From: Octopus vulgaris
Taxonomy: Eukaryota
Length of the DNA stretch: 64,000 nt
Assembly: GCA_951406725.2 (NCBI GenBank)
Contig: OX597827.1
Location: 18,724,001-18,788,000, forward strand
Direction of reading: 5' to 3'
Both the position numbers and the translations under genes were made by a program. Below, in pieces: positions 37,937-51,520 of the stretch. The notes under the pieces were generated by a model that searched no databases, was not told where the DNA came from, and saw nothing but the letters and a program-made list of their open reading frames with translations. Every line of letters begins with the position of its first letter. Position 1 is the stretch's first letter.

Positions 37937-38275
37937 CATGGCTCGGTGGTGTAGAGCGTCGGGCTCACAATCATGAGGTAGTGAGTTCGAATTCCGGACC
38001 GAGCTGTGTGTTGTGTTCTTGAGCAAGTTACTTTATTTCATGTTGCTCCAGTTCAGTCAGCTGAGTTGCAACGTCACTGGTGCCAAGCTGTATCGGCCCC
38101 TTTGCCTTTGCCTTTGCCCCTTGGATAGCATCAGTGGCGTGGAGGGAGGAGGCTGGTATGCACGAGCGACTGCTGGTCTTCCGTAAACAATCTTGCAGGA
38201 CCTTGTGCATCCGAGGGGTCTTTCCAAGTGCAATCCCATGGTCATTCGTGACCGAAGGAGGTTTTTACCCCCTTT
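37937..38275 (+). mobile_element. SINE family C-related (different 3' body); sister copy 38983-39285
   Basis: TGGCTCGGTGG A box, GAGTTCGAATTCC B box. Confidence 0.8.
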
Positions 38276-38304
38276 TTTTTTACATGTGTGTATGTATGTA
38301 TGTT

Positions 38305-38880
38305 ATGGTCAGGTCACTTTCGAGTGCTACTGGTAACATGTAACCCAGTACAACCTGTTGCATAGTCGGGTCGTCGGCGACTAAACCAGCAACCCCACCA
38401 AGCTTGTTTGGTAAGGAGGGTGTTTATTGGACACTCTGCGGGATGAAAAACAAAACCCGTCAAAGGGCGGAGGAACTCTTGAGAGTCAACGGCCATCCAA
38501 TAAATGCCTTAAGGCTGTATCATGCGCGGGGACATAGAAATAATCGGACTGAATACCCGATCGCGCGATTAAACCATTGGGAGTGAAGGACTCCTAGCCT
38601 TTGTTAGGGCATCCTTCTAGGAGAAGGTAACTCGGGTAACTGGGATAACTCCGACATAAAACCTACGGCTCAGTGGTTACCGATGATGTTGACTTGTTCT
38701 TCTTTTCGGATTAAGGCTGCTGTTGCTTAGTGAGTAGGATTGACTCACTTTAAAAAAAAAATCTTCATGCACAGGCATTGCACGATAACAACATTGATTA
38801 AGCTTCGTGCAATGGCCATACTCGATAACGAGGGGGCAGCCACCATGTATGTAAGTATGTATGTATGTATGTATGTATGT
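38305..38880 (+). mobile_element. Short non-autonomous element with RTE-like 5' UTR and 3' tail, in (TATG)n
   Basis: CTAGGAGAAGGTAACTC motif, tail GCAGCCACCATGTATG; second copy at 8587-9002. Confidence 0.6.
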
Positions 38881-39294
38881 ATGGATGGATGGATGGATGT
38901 ATGGATGGATGTATGGATGGATGGATCTATGTATGTATGGATGGATGGATAGATGGATGGATGGTTGGATGGATGGTTGGATGGCTTAGTGGTTATGGTA
39001 CTCGGCTCACGATCGTAAGGTCGTGAGTTCGATTCCCGGACCAGGCTGCGTGTTGTGTTCTTGACCCACACTATTTCACGTCACTCCAGTTCATTCATCT
39101 GTAGAAATGCGATATCATTGATGCCAAACTGTATCGGCCTTGGCCTTCCTCTTGGATAACATCGGACGTGTGCAGAGGGGGGCTGGTATGCATGGGTGAC
39201 TGCTCCTCTTCCATAAAACAATCTTGCCCGGACTTGTGCCGCAGAAGGGAATTTTCTAGGTGCAAACCTATGGTCATTCATGATCTAATCGTGG

Positions 39295-39655
39295 TACTCC
39301 GTCGGTTACGACGACGAGGGTTCCAGTTGATTCGATCAACGGAACAGCCTACTCGTGAAATTAACGTGCAAGTGACTGAGTACTTCACAAATATGTGTAA
39401 CCTTAACGTAGTTCTCAGGGAGATTCAGCGTGACACAGACTGTGACAAGGCTGGCCCTTTGAAATACAGAAAGAAAGAGTGAGAGAAAGTTGTGGTGAAA
39501 GAGTATAGTAAGGTTCGCCACCACCCCTGCCGGAGCCTCGTGGAGCTTTAAGTGTTTTCGCTCAATAAACACTCACAATGTCTGGTCTGGGAATCGAAAC
39601 CGCGATCCTACGACCTCAAGTCCGCTACCCTAACCACTGGGCCATTGCGACTCCA
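39295..39655 (-). mobile_element. SINE family D head (tRNA-Arg-like) joined to Ceph-like domain
   Basis: Reverse GGAGTCGCAATGGCCCAGTGGTTAGGG..GTTTCGATTCCC. Confidence 0.8.
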
Positions 39656-39744
39656 CTATGATATAATAGATGCAAAAAATACTACGAAATTAAGAACTAG
39701 AATTTTAAAGAAAGCTAACATGATATAAAAGGCTCAAGGTCAGC

Positions 39745-39865
<121 letters not shown>

Positions 39866-40017
39866 GCAAGCAAGCACATCAAAGGCATACATCCCATCTT
39901 CAGCTGCCTGATCTTTTTTTTTTTTACAGGGGTAAGATAACTTCGTACCAATGTTTTGGTTAGATCTCGTCAGTAACAGTATGCCGCAGTTTCCTTACAG
40001 ATCAGAAATGTAAACCC

Positions 40018-40422
40018 TTACTCTTTTACTCTTTTACTTGTTTCAGTCACTTGACTGCGGCCATGCTGGAGCACTGCCTTTAATCGAGCAACTCGACCCC
40101 GGGACTTATTCTTTTGTAAGCCCAGTACTTATTCTATCGGTCTCTTTTGCCGAACCGCTAGGTAACGGGGACATAAACACACCAGCATCGGTTGTCAAGC
40201 AATGCTAGGGTACAAACACAGACACACAAACACACACACGCATATATATATATACATATATACGACGGGCTTCTTTCACTTTCCGTCTACCAAATCCACT
40301 CACAAGGCTTTGGTCGGCCCGAGGCTATAGTAGAAGACACTTGCCCAAGGTGCCATGCAGTGGGACTGAACCCGGAACCATGTGGTTGGTAGACAAGCTA
40401 CTTACCACACAGCCACTCCTGC
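40018..40422 (-). mobile_element. SINE family A
   Basis: Full-length reverse copy. Confidence 0.92.
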
Positions 40423-41090
40423 GTATAGAAAAATAAATTCGGTCATGTTTTTGGCTGAGGGTAATATTCATAATTCAAAACAGAAAGAGCTAAAGGAAAT
40501 ATGTTCTGTGCTGACTCTCTCTAGACTAGCCGAAACATACGTATGTACGTGGTTGTTCTTCGACTACAACGGAAACCAGACTGTGATTTATATAAAACAT
40601 GTAAATTATTTAATGTATACACTCATCTATTTTCTTCATATGTAGGCTGTAGAATGGATGCTGTTTGAAGCATATTCGTTTATATGCACTCGTAATGTAA
40701 ATTAAAATACGTGACAAATACGCTAAAAAGAACAGGCAGAAATGTCAATTTTTAAATAAATTTTCCCAGGGGATCGATTCCCTGCGCGATATAATTCAGA
40801 TTACATGTTTTCAAATCAGACAATTGGCAGGAGAAACTATAAATATTTGTCAAAAACATTACGAATTTATTTCTTCACCAAGTCCGCGAGAGGGCTAAAA
40901 AGCCATGAGTAAGGTCAGAGCGGTTATATAAATTTCGTGATTTTGGTTTGTCAGCGATGAGTATACAGAGCGGAGACTGTTTCAGACAACTTCCTCTCTG
41001 CTAATGAAGACAATAAATGCGCGCATGCCTGTATGTATATATATATACGCGCATGTGCGCGCACACACATACACACATATACATACATAT

Positions 41091-41322
41091 AGGCGGCGAG
41101 CTGGCAGACACGTTAGAGCGCCGGGCGAAATGCTTAGCGGTATTTCGTCTGTCGTTACGTTCTGAGTTCAAACTCCGCCGAGGCCGACTTTGCCTTTCAT
41201 CCTTTCGGGGTCGATAAATAAAGTACCGGTTTCGCACTGGGGTCGATGTAATCGACTTAATCCCTTTGTCTGCCCTTGTTTGTCCCCTCTATGTTCAGCC
41301 CCTTGTGGGCAATAAAGAAATA
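41091..41322 (+). mobile_element. SINE family B, full length
   Basis: TSD CATATACATACATAT. Confidence 0.92.
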
Positions 41323-41733
41323 CATATACATACATATACTTCAATTTTGTATCTAGTTTGCAAGATTCTTTATGTGAATTCGTGTGTTGAAACAAATTTT
41401 TTTTGTATCTAGGGAGAGTCATTAAGCAAATATAAACATATGCAATGGTTCAATCCCACTCCTTATCTTCGTTATTTGACAATTAGTTAAATATCCAACT
41501 AATTTTTGTTTCGTTTCCGTTTGGCAAAACTCTTTCGTTGTTACTGGCAACCTTTTCAATGACTATTGACTTAATCCGTTATGGAGGCCACGTTTGTCTG
41601 TTTGAGGTTTGTTGCGTGCGTCTGTGTGCTTGGTAGCGTGCGCATGTGCTTGTGTATGTATGTATGCAAGTATGTATGTATGTATGTATGTATGTATGTA
41701 CGTACGTATGCATATATATGTATGTAAGTATGT

Positions 41734-41769
<36 letters not shown>

Positions 41770-41771
41770 AC

Positions 41772-41962
41772 AGTTGAAATTTATAGGAAAGCAAAAGACA
41801 AAGACAGATGTATGAACAACAAGCAAGTGTATTAATTGACTCCCGGGAGAAATGAAAAGTTCTTTTACGTTTCGAGCATACGCTCTTCAACAGGAACAAG
41901 AGAAAATAAACAGAGAGAATGAAAAAAAACATGTAAATTTCAGCGGCCTAATATGGCGAACA
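41772..41962 (-). mobile_element. pLTR-like element with A6U hammerhead-like motif (41861-41897)
   Basis: Reverse CTGTTGA A GAGC gtat GCTC GAAACGTA; between (CA)n tracts. Confidence 0.6.
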
Positions 41963-42154
41963 TATATACGTACACCCCCCACCCACACACACACGCACAC
42001 ACACACACGCACACACATATATGTACAAAGTTAAGAGGAATGACCACTAAAGTGGACACCTAATATGCTAAACATTTTTACATTTTTACATTTTGGCGTT
42101 TTGCTGAGATTTTTCTTCTTGAGAACACATTCTTCGTGGTTATAGCGATTGGAC

Positions 42155-42229
<75 letters not shown>

Positions 42230-42230
<1 letters not shown>

Positions 42231-42660
42231 AATATTAGGGAATAAATCCAAATTTACAGGGAAAATCAGATTTAGGATTGAATCTAGTTTTATAGTAAAA
42301 TATTATATAATATTAATTAGAGACAAAACCACTATTTTGCAAATCAAACAAGGAAAGACTTAATCAATACATAAAAAAATTTTAATATAAAGTAAATAAA
42401 TCGCCACTACAATTGTTTCCTGTCTTTAAATGACATTCATCAGGTGGATTTCGTATCTTCTATTCAATTTTAAAGTTATGAATAGTTTTAAAATTGAATA
42501 GAAGATACGAAATCCACCTGATGAATGTCATTTGAAGACAGGAAACAATTGTAGTGGCGATTTATTTACTTTATATTAAAAATTTTTTATGTATTGATTA
42601 AGTCTTTCCTTGTTTGATTTGCAAAATAGTGGTTTTGTCTCTAATTAATATTATATATAT
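42230..42660. mobile_element. Inverted pair of hammerhead-bearing elements within (TA)n
   Basis: Arms about 42304-42473 and 42488-42657, near-identical. Confidence 0.85.
42514..42557 (+). ncRNA. Type-I hammerhead ribozyme motif (mirror copy 42404-42447 on -)
   Basis: CCAC CTGATGA A TGTC atttgaa GACA G GAA ACAATTGT A GTGG; stem I CCAC/GTGG, palindromic stem III, GUA cleavage triplet. Confidence 0.8.
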
Positions 42661-42960
42661 ATATATATATATATTATGTTGTGCCTGGGGAGAGTCATTC
42701 TCTTTTAGTGCCTTATTATTTAACACACTCACCGGTAAAGTTTTACCGGTGTGTGTGTTAAATAATAAGGCAGTAAAAGGAGCGCCGCCAGAAGTAGATC
42801 CTGTAGAGGTAGTGGCCACCCTGTTATATAAGAGGGCGGACAAAATCAACATATTCAGGCCCATTGCGTGGTACTTTGGGCAAGTGTCTTCTACTATAGC
42901 CTCAGGCCGACCAAAGCCTTGTGAGTAGATTTAGTTGACGGAAACTGAAAGAAGCCCGTC

Positions 42961-42996
<36 letters not shown>

Positions 42997-43794
42997 CAAA
43001 ATGGGACAAGAACGCAAAACATCCGGCCAGTTAGGTGATACAAAAAGGGGACAACAAAATATCCAGATAGACGATACAAAGAAAACAAGGAGGGGTCATT
43101 CGAAGTTTTCTTTCCTCGGTCAAGTACCAGATTATCTTCGCAATTTCGGCTGATTATACTTGAGATTGCTCCAATCTGGCCAGCCCCAAGGAAAAACTAA
43201 GCTAAGAGCATTAGATTCCTTAGAAGAAAGTAGCGAATGTATACAAAAATAAAGGACGGAAAAAAACGCACAATGTTACACAAATACAATAAAAATAATA
43301 ACAGTACTTAACAACAGGTGTCTTTCGAGTAAGGACGAATTAGATTAAGCTGGCGTGTGTGGAAATAAAGCCTTACGGCAAGGATACAAGATTTCACAGG
43401 CACAGGGAGGAATATCTATTTCTTTATTACCCACAAGGGGCTAAACACAGAGGGGACAAACAAGGACAGAGAAACTCATTAAGTCGATTATATCGACCCC
43501 AAGGAATACCGATGTTGCACGGAAAACGGCCAGACCAAGAAAGATCAGGCTTGGCCGAACGCCGGTCACGTGGGAAGAGAAAAGAGGGAGAGGTAGAGGC
43601 AGAGGGACAGAAGAATTAAGGAGGGGCGAGAAAAAAACGACAGGGACACAGTGAAGTGAATAGTTGAGGGAAAGTGAGCAAGAAGAGAAGGCAAAGAAAC
43701 GTGAGAGAGATGGAACGAAAAGACGAAAAGTGGAATGAACGAATGAGCGTGAAAGGGCTGATAGACAGAAATAAAGTCGTAATATATATAAATA

Positions 43795-44092
43795 CTAGCA
43801 GGATCGCCCGGCGTTGCTCGGGTTTATAAGGGAAATAACTATATAAGCATTTTTAGAGAGTTATAGCCAAAAAATAGCAAAAAAAAATGCATTAAAAATG
43901 GAAAAAAATGATGGTAAATTATTTTTTAAATCGTAGACTCATCGTAGACGCGCGCTAATACCCAGAAGGGCTCGATATGAATCACGACTATAAGATACCC
44001 GGTTTTGGTTAAACTGCACCGCAAAATGTGGGAGTAGTTAGGAATCTAAATCGTAGGAGACAGACATACAACTTCTCTTTTATATATAAAGA
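43795..44092 (-). mobile_element. Non-autonomous Helitron
   Basis: Reverse strand A|TCTTTATATATAAAAG ... CCCGAGCAACGCCGGG hairpin ... CTAG|T, no TSD. Confidence 0.8.
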
Positions 44093-44257
44093 TTAGAAGG
44101 TTTGGAGATGATGTACAGGTATTTTATATTAGAAGAAATGAAGTACTCAGAAATTCGGATGATTTTATATTTACAGATATTTATTTGTATATTACACGTC
44201 TTTATACATCATATAACTTATATCATATATCATATATCATATATTAGCGCTTTCGTC

Positions 44258-44490
44258 AAGGCGGCGAGCTGGCAGAAACGTTGGCACGCCGGGCGAAATG
44301 CGAAGATGTATTTCGTCTGCCGTTACGTTTTGAGTTCAAATTCCGCCGAGGTCGACTTTGCCTTTCATCTTTTCGGGATCGATAAATTAAGTACCAGTTA
44401 CGCACTGGGGTCGATGCAATCGGCTTAATCCCTTTGTCTGTCCTTGTTTGTCCCCTCTGTGTTTAGCCCCTTGTGGGTAGTAAAGAAAAA
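44258..44490 (+). mobile_element. SINE family B, full length
   Basis: TSD ATATTAGCGCTTTCGTC. Confidence 0.92.
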
Positions 44491-44997
44491 TATATTAGCG
44501 CTTTCGTCCATTCTGGTGTAGTTTTCAAATTGAACTAAGTTCCTGTGGAAATTTTGACCATTTTATAGTGTTATTGAGTGTGTAGTGGTGGGGAGGGATA
44601 TAAGATAGTACAAGAGGGTGATGAATGGGGAGAAAGTGAGAGAGAGAGCATATGTGTGTGTGTGTGTGTGTGTGTGCGCGTGTGTGTGCGCGCGCGCGTG
44701 TGTGTGTTTGTATCTGAAAGTAGTGTTAGAGAAAAAGAAGGGAAGGAAGAAAAGGGAGAGAGGGAAGAAGAAAAAATTGTTTATATATATATATATATAT
44801 ATGCGTGTCTTTGTGTCCATGCTTGTCCCCACCCCATCATCACTTGACAACTGGTGTTGGTCTTTTTACGTCCACGTAACTTAGCGGTTCGGCCAAAATA
44901 AAACCGATAGAATAATTATTAGGCCTTCGTAAAATAAGTTCTTTCGGTCGACTTGTACGGTGCACCTGCATGGCCGTAGTCAAATGAGTGAAACAAA

Positions 44998-45405
44998 GTG
45001 GCTGTGTGGTAAGTAGCTTGATTACGAACCACATGGTTCCGGGTTCAGTCCCACTGCATGGCACCTTGGGCAAGTGTCTTCTACTATAGCCTCGGGCCGA
45101 CCAAAGCCTTGTGAGTGGATTTGTTAGACGGAAACTGAAAGAAGCCCGTCGTATATATGTATATATATATATATATGTATGTGTATGTGTATATGTTTGT
45201 GTGTCTGTGTTTGTCTCCTCAACATCGCTTGACAACCGATGCTGGTGTGTTTACGTCTCCGTAACTTAGCGGTTCGGCAAAAGAGACCGATAGAATAAGT
45301 ACTAAGCTTACAAAGAACAAGTCCTGGGGTCGATTTGCTCGACTAAACGGTGGTGCTCCAGCATGGCCACAGTCAACTGACTGAAACAAGTAAAAGAGTA
45401 AAAGA
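44998..45405 (+). mobile_element. SINE family A
   Basis: Near full-length copy. Confidence 0.92.
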
Positions 45406-45734
45406 ATATATGTATGTATATGTATTGCTATATATTATAGCATATTTTATCATATTATATATGTATGTGTGTTTGTGTGTGTGTGTATGCACATATGTAT
45501 GTGTGCATGCGTATGTATTTGTGTGTGTGTGTATGTACATATGTATGTGTGCGTGCGTATGTATTTGTGTGTGTGTGCAAACTATCGTATATATCTATAA
45601 ATATGTATGCATATGGAAATATGCAAATGTGTGAGCACATGTAGGTGTGTGTGTGTGTGTGTGTGTACTTGTATGTCTATGTGTGTGTGTGAACATGCGA
45701 TAGTATGAGTATGTGAGTGTGAGGTAAGAGGTGT

Positions 45735-45772
<38 letters not shown>

Positions 45773-45987
45773 TTCACTGTCATTGCATGGCTGGGTGTAT
45801 TATACAGAGATATGATGTGTAATTTCGGTGTTAAATTGTCTTTAATACATGTAGAATTAAAAAGACGACCACCTGTCTGGTTAATAAGTTTAATGATACA
45901 TTCCGAATCAGAATAACTTGTTAAGCAGACATATGGTCGTCCGTTAAATTCTAGAGTTAGACAGGCTAGTAGGAGGGAAGTGTGTGT

Positions 45988-46020
<33 letters not shown>

Positions 46021-46159
46021 GTGGGGTGGGTGGGTGAGTGAGTGGGTGGGTGTATGCGAGTGGTAGTCGTAGTGGTGTGCGAGTAAACGGTGTATATACG
46101 TATGTGTGTGAAGAATAATCAAAGCGTGTAAAAACAATGTTGTTATATAGACAGGTTGA

Positions 46160-46680
<521 letters not shown>

Positions 46681-47902
46681 ATGTTTTGTATACAATGAAG
46701 ATGCATTTGTAAAATTACTTCATCTGTCGTGAATCGTGCAGCGATCCCAGTTTCAGACTTCAACTAGTGACAGAGACAACGAGAGAGCTTGTATGCAGTT
46801 AAATGACGTGCTAGAAATAACAGCCAAATCTTAATTCACACGCTGCCATCTTAAGAAAAAAACAAATTATAAAAAAAAAGTAAAGAAAAAAGGAAACATT
46901 CAAAATAGGTGTAATCAGGAATATACAAAAAAGATGGGAAGATCATGGATGGAATTCTTTTGGTCATACGCCTACCAGACTTGTACTGACCTTGCACTAA
47001 CCAACAACGGCAAGTAAAAGGGGTCATCGATTGTTTTCGACAATTAGGCCTCAGTTGATCGATCCACTGGCTTACCTGCACTTTAATAAGCGTTCACGTG
47101 ACCTAGAATTCCACAGACAATGTACTCTTACCGTAATTCTCTGGTAGTAGAATAACCGTGACGCTGAGTGTAGCACGGCTGAAGGAACGGCCTTGGATCA
47201 GTTTCAAATTTTGGCACAAGGCCAGAAATTTTAGTGGAGCGAGTAAGTCGATTACATCGCCCGGTCTGAGATTCGAATTCACGATGCCTCGACCGCAAGT
47301 CCGCTGCTCTAACTACTAGGTCATGTGTCTCCACAGTGTATAACTAGTACTTAGTTTATCGACGCCGAAAGGGAACAAAAATAGAAAGATGACCTCGGCG
47401 GAATTTGAACTCAGAACGTAAAAACCGATTAAATGCCGCTAAACATTATTCCCAGTGTGTTAAGGATTCTACCAGTCGCTGCCTTTACAGCCTTGTTATA
47501 TTGATTTCAAATTTAGGCACACAATGCCAGCAGTATAGATGTGAGGGGTTACATCGATCCTAGTGTTCAATTGTTACTTATTTTATCGAACTCGAAAAGG
47601 AGATAAGGCTAAGTCGACGTCGGCAGCATTTGAACTCAGAACGTAAAGTAGCAAGAAATATCACGAGGCATTTTTTTCCCGGCGGCAACCTTGTTATATT
47701 ATAAGTATAATCCGACTGACGGGCTTTCGCACAGTTTCCGTCAACTCACTGTCATTCACCATGCTTGGGTCGACCCAAAGCAACAGGAAAACGACACTAG
47801 CTTAACATGCGTCGCAATGGGTTTGAACCACAGACCTCGTGATTAAGAAGCGAATTTTTTAACCAATCAGTTATACTTCGTTCATTAACCAACAGCAACA
47901 AC

Positions 47903-48245
47903 AGGAGGCGCAATGGCCTAGTGGTCAGAGGATCGCGGTTTCGATTCCCAGACCGGGCGTTGGGTGTGTTTATTGAGCGAAAACACCTAAAGCTCCACGA
48001 GGCTCTGACAGGGGATGGTGGCGACCTCTGTTGTACTCTTTCGCTCCAACTTTCTCTCACTCTTTCTTCCTGTTTCTTGTCCCCGACTTCCTACGCAACC
48101 GCTGAGCCTGGATGCGCATTTATCCATCCGTCGATGCTCTCGGTGTCGGTGGGGAGGTTGACCTGCTTTCTCTTCTGCGGGTCTTACGAATAGCAGAGGA
48201 CCACGTTTCGGACTTCTCCCACTCTGGGACGAAGACCGCTACGCT
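47903..48245 (+). mobile_element. SINE family D
   Basis: GGAGGCGCAATGGCCTAGTGG head; shared body with 49870 and 63800. Confidence 0.8.
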
Positions 48246-48472
48246 CAACAGCAACAGCAGCAGCAACAACAGCAACAAGTCTGTTTATGATAAAAAATAA
48301 TTTCTGTAGTTATTTCCTTTATCTTCGTTATTAAAGATGGAGTCCAAATATTTACAGTATAAGAATGTTGTTGTACCAAGGAGAGTCACTGGTTCAATTC
48401 CACGCTCTGGTTCAATCACGCTCCTTTATCATTAGTTAATTGGTTAAATATCCAACAAACAAATCGATTGTT

Positions 48473-48896
48473 GGATCTTTTCGGTTTTAACAGCAGTTTT
48501 TTCTAGCGGTGTCATATGAAATTGTCACCCATAATTATGACCCTAGAATCGATCTATTGCATTTCAATCTGTTTTAGGGTTAGGCTTAGGGTTAGGGGTG
48601 GGGGAAGGGTATATTTTTTCTTCACAAATGTAAATAAACCCAATCTGTTTCTTAAACGAGGGACATATTCATACGGCACAGAATGTTTTTTTTCACCTCA
48701 ATCGACGTATTTGATTGGTTGAAATTGCAGAAATTGCAGAAAAAAAGCAACAAATATCTGACAAACCATAGACTATTCTCAATAAAGCCAAGAGAAAAAG
48801 ATGTTTTATAAACACATTCTACCAGTATACGAAGTTCAAAAATTTTTAGTTACCTAGAAATTATGTTGAAAACTGCCGTTCAAACCGAAAAGATCC
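48473..48896. mobile_element. Merlin-like TTAGGG-carrying MITE
   Basis: Same TIRs as 4143; perfect 8-bp TSD CGATTGTT. Confidence 0.9.
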
Positions 48897-49189
48897 CGAT
48901 TGTTTAATTTAATTGGTTAAACAGTAAATCGTTTGTTTTGTTTTGTTTGTTTTGTTTTGTCTCGTTTTGTTTATTTGTTTGTTTTTTGTCAAAGCTCTTT
49001 CGTTGCTATTTGTAACCTTTTCAATGACTTTTCCCTTAGACCGCTTCGGAGACTGCGTTTGTTAATAATATTAACATAATGACTCTCTCTAGATACAACA
49101 AAATTTGTTTCAACATGCGAATTCACATAAAGAATCATGCAAACCAAATACAAAAACGAAGTACAGTTTAAGAACTTTGCCGTTTAAAG

Positions 49190-49708
49190 CAGTGGTTCTC
49201 AACAGAAGTCCATATGATCCTTGTTGGTGTTCGTTCCTTCTCGAGCCTCGCCTGGCTCATAAGGGCCCGTTTCCCGGTTTCCTTGGCGTATAGGTTCCCC
49301 ACCTGGACGGGTCGCCGGTCCGTCGCAGGTGAGCTGCAAGATGCAGGAGGAAAGAGTGAGAGAAAATTGTGGCGAAAGAGTCAGCAGAAGTTTTGCCATT
49401 ACCTTCTGCCGGAGTAGGTGTTTCGCTCATAAATACACACATCACCCAGTCTGAGATTCGAACTCACGATCCCTCGACCGCGAGTCCGCTGCTATAACTA
49501 CTAGGCCATGTGCTTCCACCATATGATCCTTAGTGGTCTGTATAAAACTATGCTGGTAAATTTTATGTGCAATAAATCGCTTTTACTTCCAAAATACAAA
49601 AAAATATTTCAACAATTTTTTTTATAGGCCTCGAATTGCTACAAGGGTCCGGTAGAGTAAAATGGGGATCAAAGATATCCATAGGCAAGAATTGATTGAG
49701 AACTACTG
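49190..49708. mobile_element. hAT-type MITE with nested SINE (about 49223-49518)
   Basis: CAGTGGTTCTCAA ... TTGAGAACTACTG, 8-bp TSD GTTTAAAG; nested SINE TSD CCATATGATCCTT. Confidence 0.88.
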
Positions 49709-49816
49709 GTTTAAAGAATTAAAGAATGCTGTACGAATTAAAAATTTATATTCTTAAAGAAAGACTGCAGTTAAATAAATATATATATATATATCTAGAG
49801 AGAGAGAGAGACAGAC

Positions 49817-49869
<53 letters not shown>

Positions 49870-49871
<2 letters not shown>

Positions 49872-50139
49872 AATGGCCCAGTGGTTAGGGCATCGGACTC
49901 GCGGTCGTAGGATCGCGGTTTCGATTCCCATACCAGGCGTTGCGAGTGTTTATTGAGTGAAAACACCAAAAGCTCCACGAGGCTCCAGCAGGAGGTGGTG
50001 GCGATCCCTGCTGTACTCTTTCGCCACAACTTTCTCTCACTCTTTCTTCTGTTGGTCTGCTCGCCTGAAGGCTAAAAAATGCGAAGCGCATTGTGACCAG
50101 CGATGTGTAGCAACATCTGATAGACTGGTAGGTCACGTA

Positions 50140-50142
<3 letters not shown>
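49870..50142 (+). mobile_element. SINE family D
   Basis: GCAATGGCCCAGTGGTTAGGGCATCGGACTCGCGGTCG tRNA-Arg-like head. Confidence 0.82.
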
Positions 50143-50170
<28 letters not shown>

Positions 50171-50794
50171 GGGAAAAAAAAATCAAGGTAGAAAATGCTA
50201 GAAATTTCAGTACTGGTTTCAGTCATTGAGACTTTTTCAACTGTAAGTATGGAAAACAATTAAATTTTGGAAAGATTAAAAGAAAAGTTTTTTAAAAGAA
50301 TATTTGCATAATATTCAAATACAAAGGGCATTTTCCTTGTTTCTACCTATCTCTGTTTCTCTTGTAGGTTCGATGTCGTTGCGAATTCTTGGCTGGGAAG
50401 AAGAAGAAGAAGAAGAAGAAGAAGAAGAAGAAGAAGAAGAAGAAGAAGAAGAAGAAGAAGAAGAAGAAGAATGCGGGAGTGCCATGATAGTAGTAGGATG
50501 TTAAATGGTCAAGTGCCCTGAAAGTGACTTGTTGTGGATGGTAGTAGTGATTGAATTCTTGAGACATCTCTTTTGAATGTATTAGTTATAAAATTTGCGT
50601 AGGTGTTATTCTAAACAACAATAGTAGTAAGGTTAGGAAGGAGGTGGCGGAGAGGAAGAGGACGAAGAAGAAGAAGAAAGAGAAGGGAGAATAATAAAGG
50701 AATGCAGGTGGTATGATAGTAGTAGGATGTTAAATGGTCGAGTAACCTAAAAGTGATTCGTTGTGGATTATAGCAGTGATTGGGACTGTTTTTT

Positions 50795-51185
50795 AATGAA
50801 GTATATATATCTCGACTTCGCAAAGGCCTTTGATAAAGTCGATCAAGGAATATGTCACAAACTGCATGATCTCGGCGTAATTGGAAAATTGGGAGAATGG
50901 CTTCATAACTTTCTGAGGGATAGAAGTCAGGTGGTAGTAGCCAATGGGGGCCACCTCCAACAACATGAAATAGTGAGCGGTATTCCGTAAGACACTGTTT
51001 TAGGACCGCTACTGTTCATAATGGCCCTCTCAGACATGCCCTCAGTCAAACAGAGAGCCACGATCACAAGTTATGCAGATGATACAAAAGTCTTACAGGT
51101 AATAAAGAACACTGAAGACACTATACACCTGTAGTGTGAGCTGGACGAAATATACAAGTGGACTGAAAAGAATTGCATGCAACTC
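50795..51185 (+). pseudogene. CR1-group LINE reverse transcriptase fragment
   Basis: YLDFAKAFDKV, SGIP*DTVLGPLLF, YADDTK motifs with stops and frameshift. Confidence 0.85.
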
Positions 51186-51231
51186 ACGCAGGTAAAGAGA
51201 AAAAATAACGAATCCACTCAGCTCTGATTAA

Positions 51232-51310
51232 CTGCATACGCGTTTCGGGGTTAAAGACATGTAAAAAATATAAAATCATATTTCTACTCACTCATTCTCC
51301 TCTTCAGTAG
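51232..51310 (-). ncRNA. Hammerhead-like motif with long loop II
   Basis: Reverse CTGAAGA GG ... CC GAAACGCGTA (palindromic ACGCGT). Confidence 0.55.
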
Positions 51311-51520
51311 AGTTATTCAAGATTTTAAATTTGAGAGCACTGAAAAATTAAACATACTCATTTGACCAAGCGGCATCAAACAGCATATATCCAAAGACCA
51401 GTACTTCCGAATTCAAACAGACGAATGAGATCTCGTATTCCTCCTCACTCACCCACGTGTGCCAACGAGCAAAATTCCGCAGAAACTGCAGTTTACTATC
51501 AGGGAGAGAATTTTATTATC

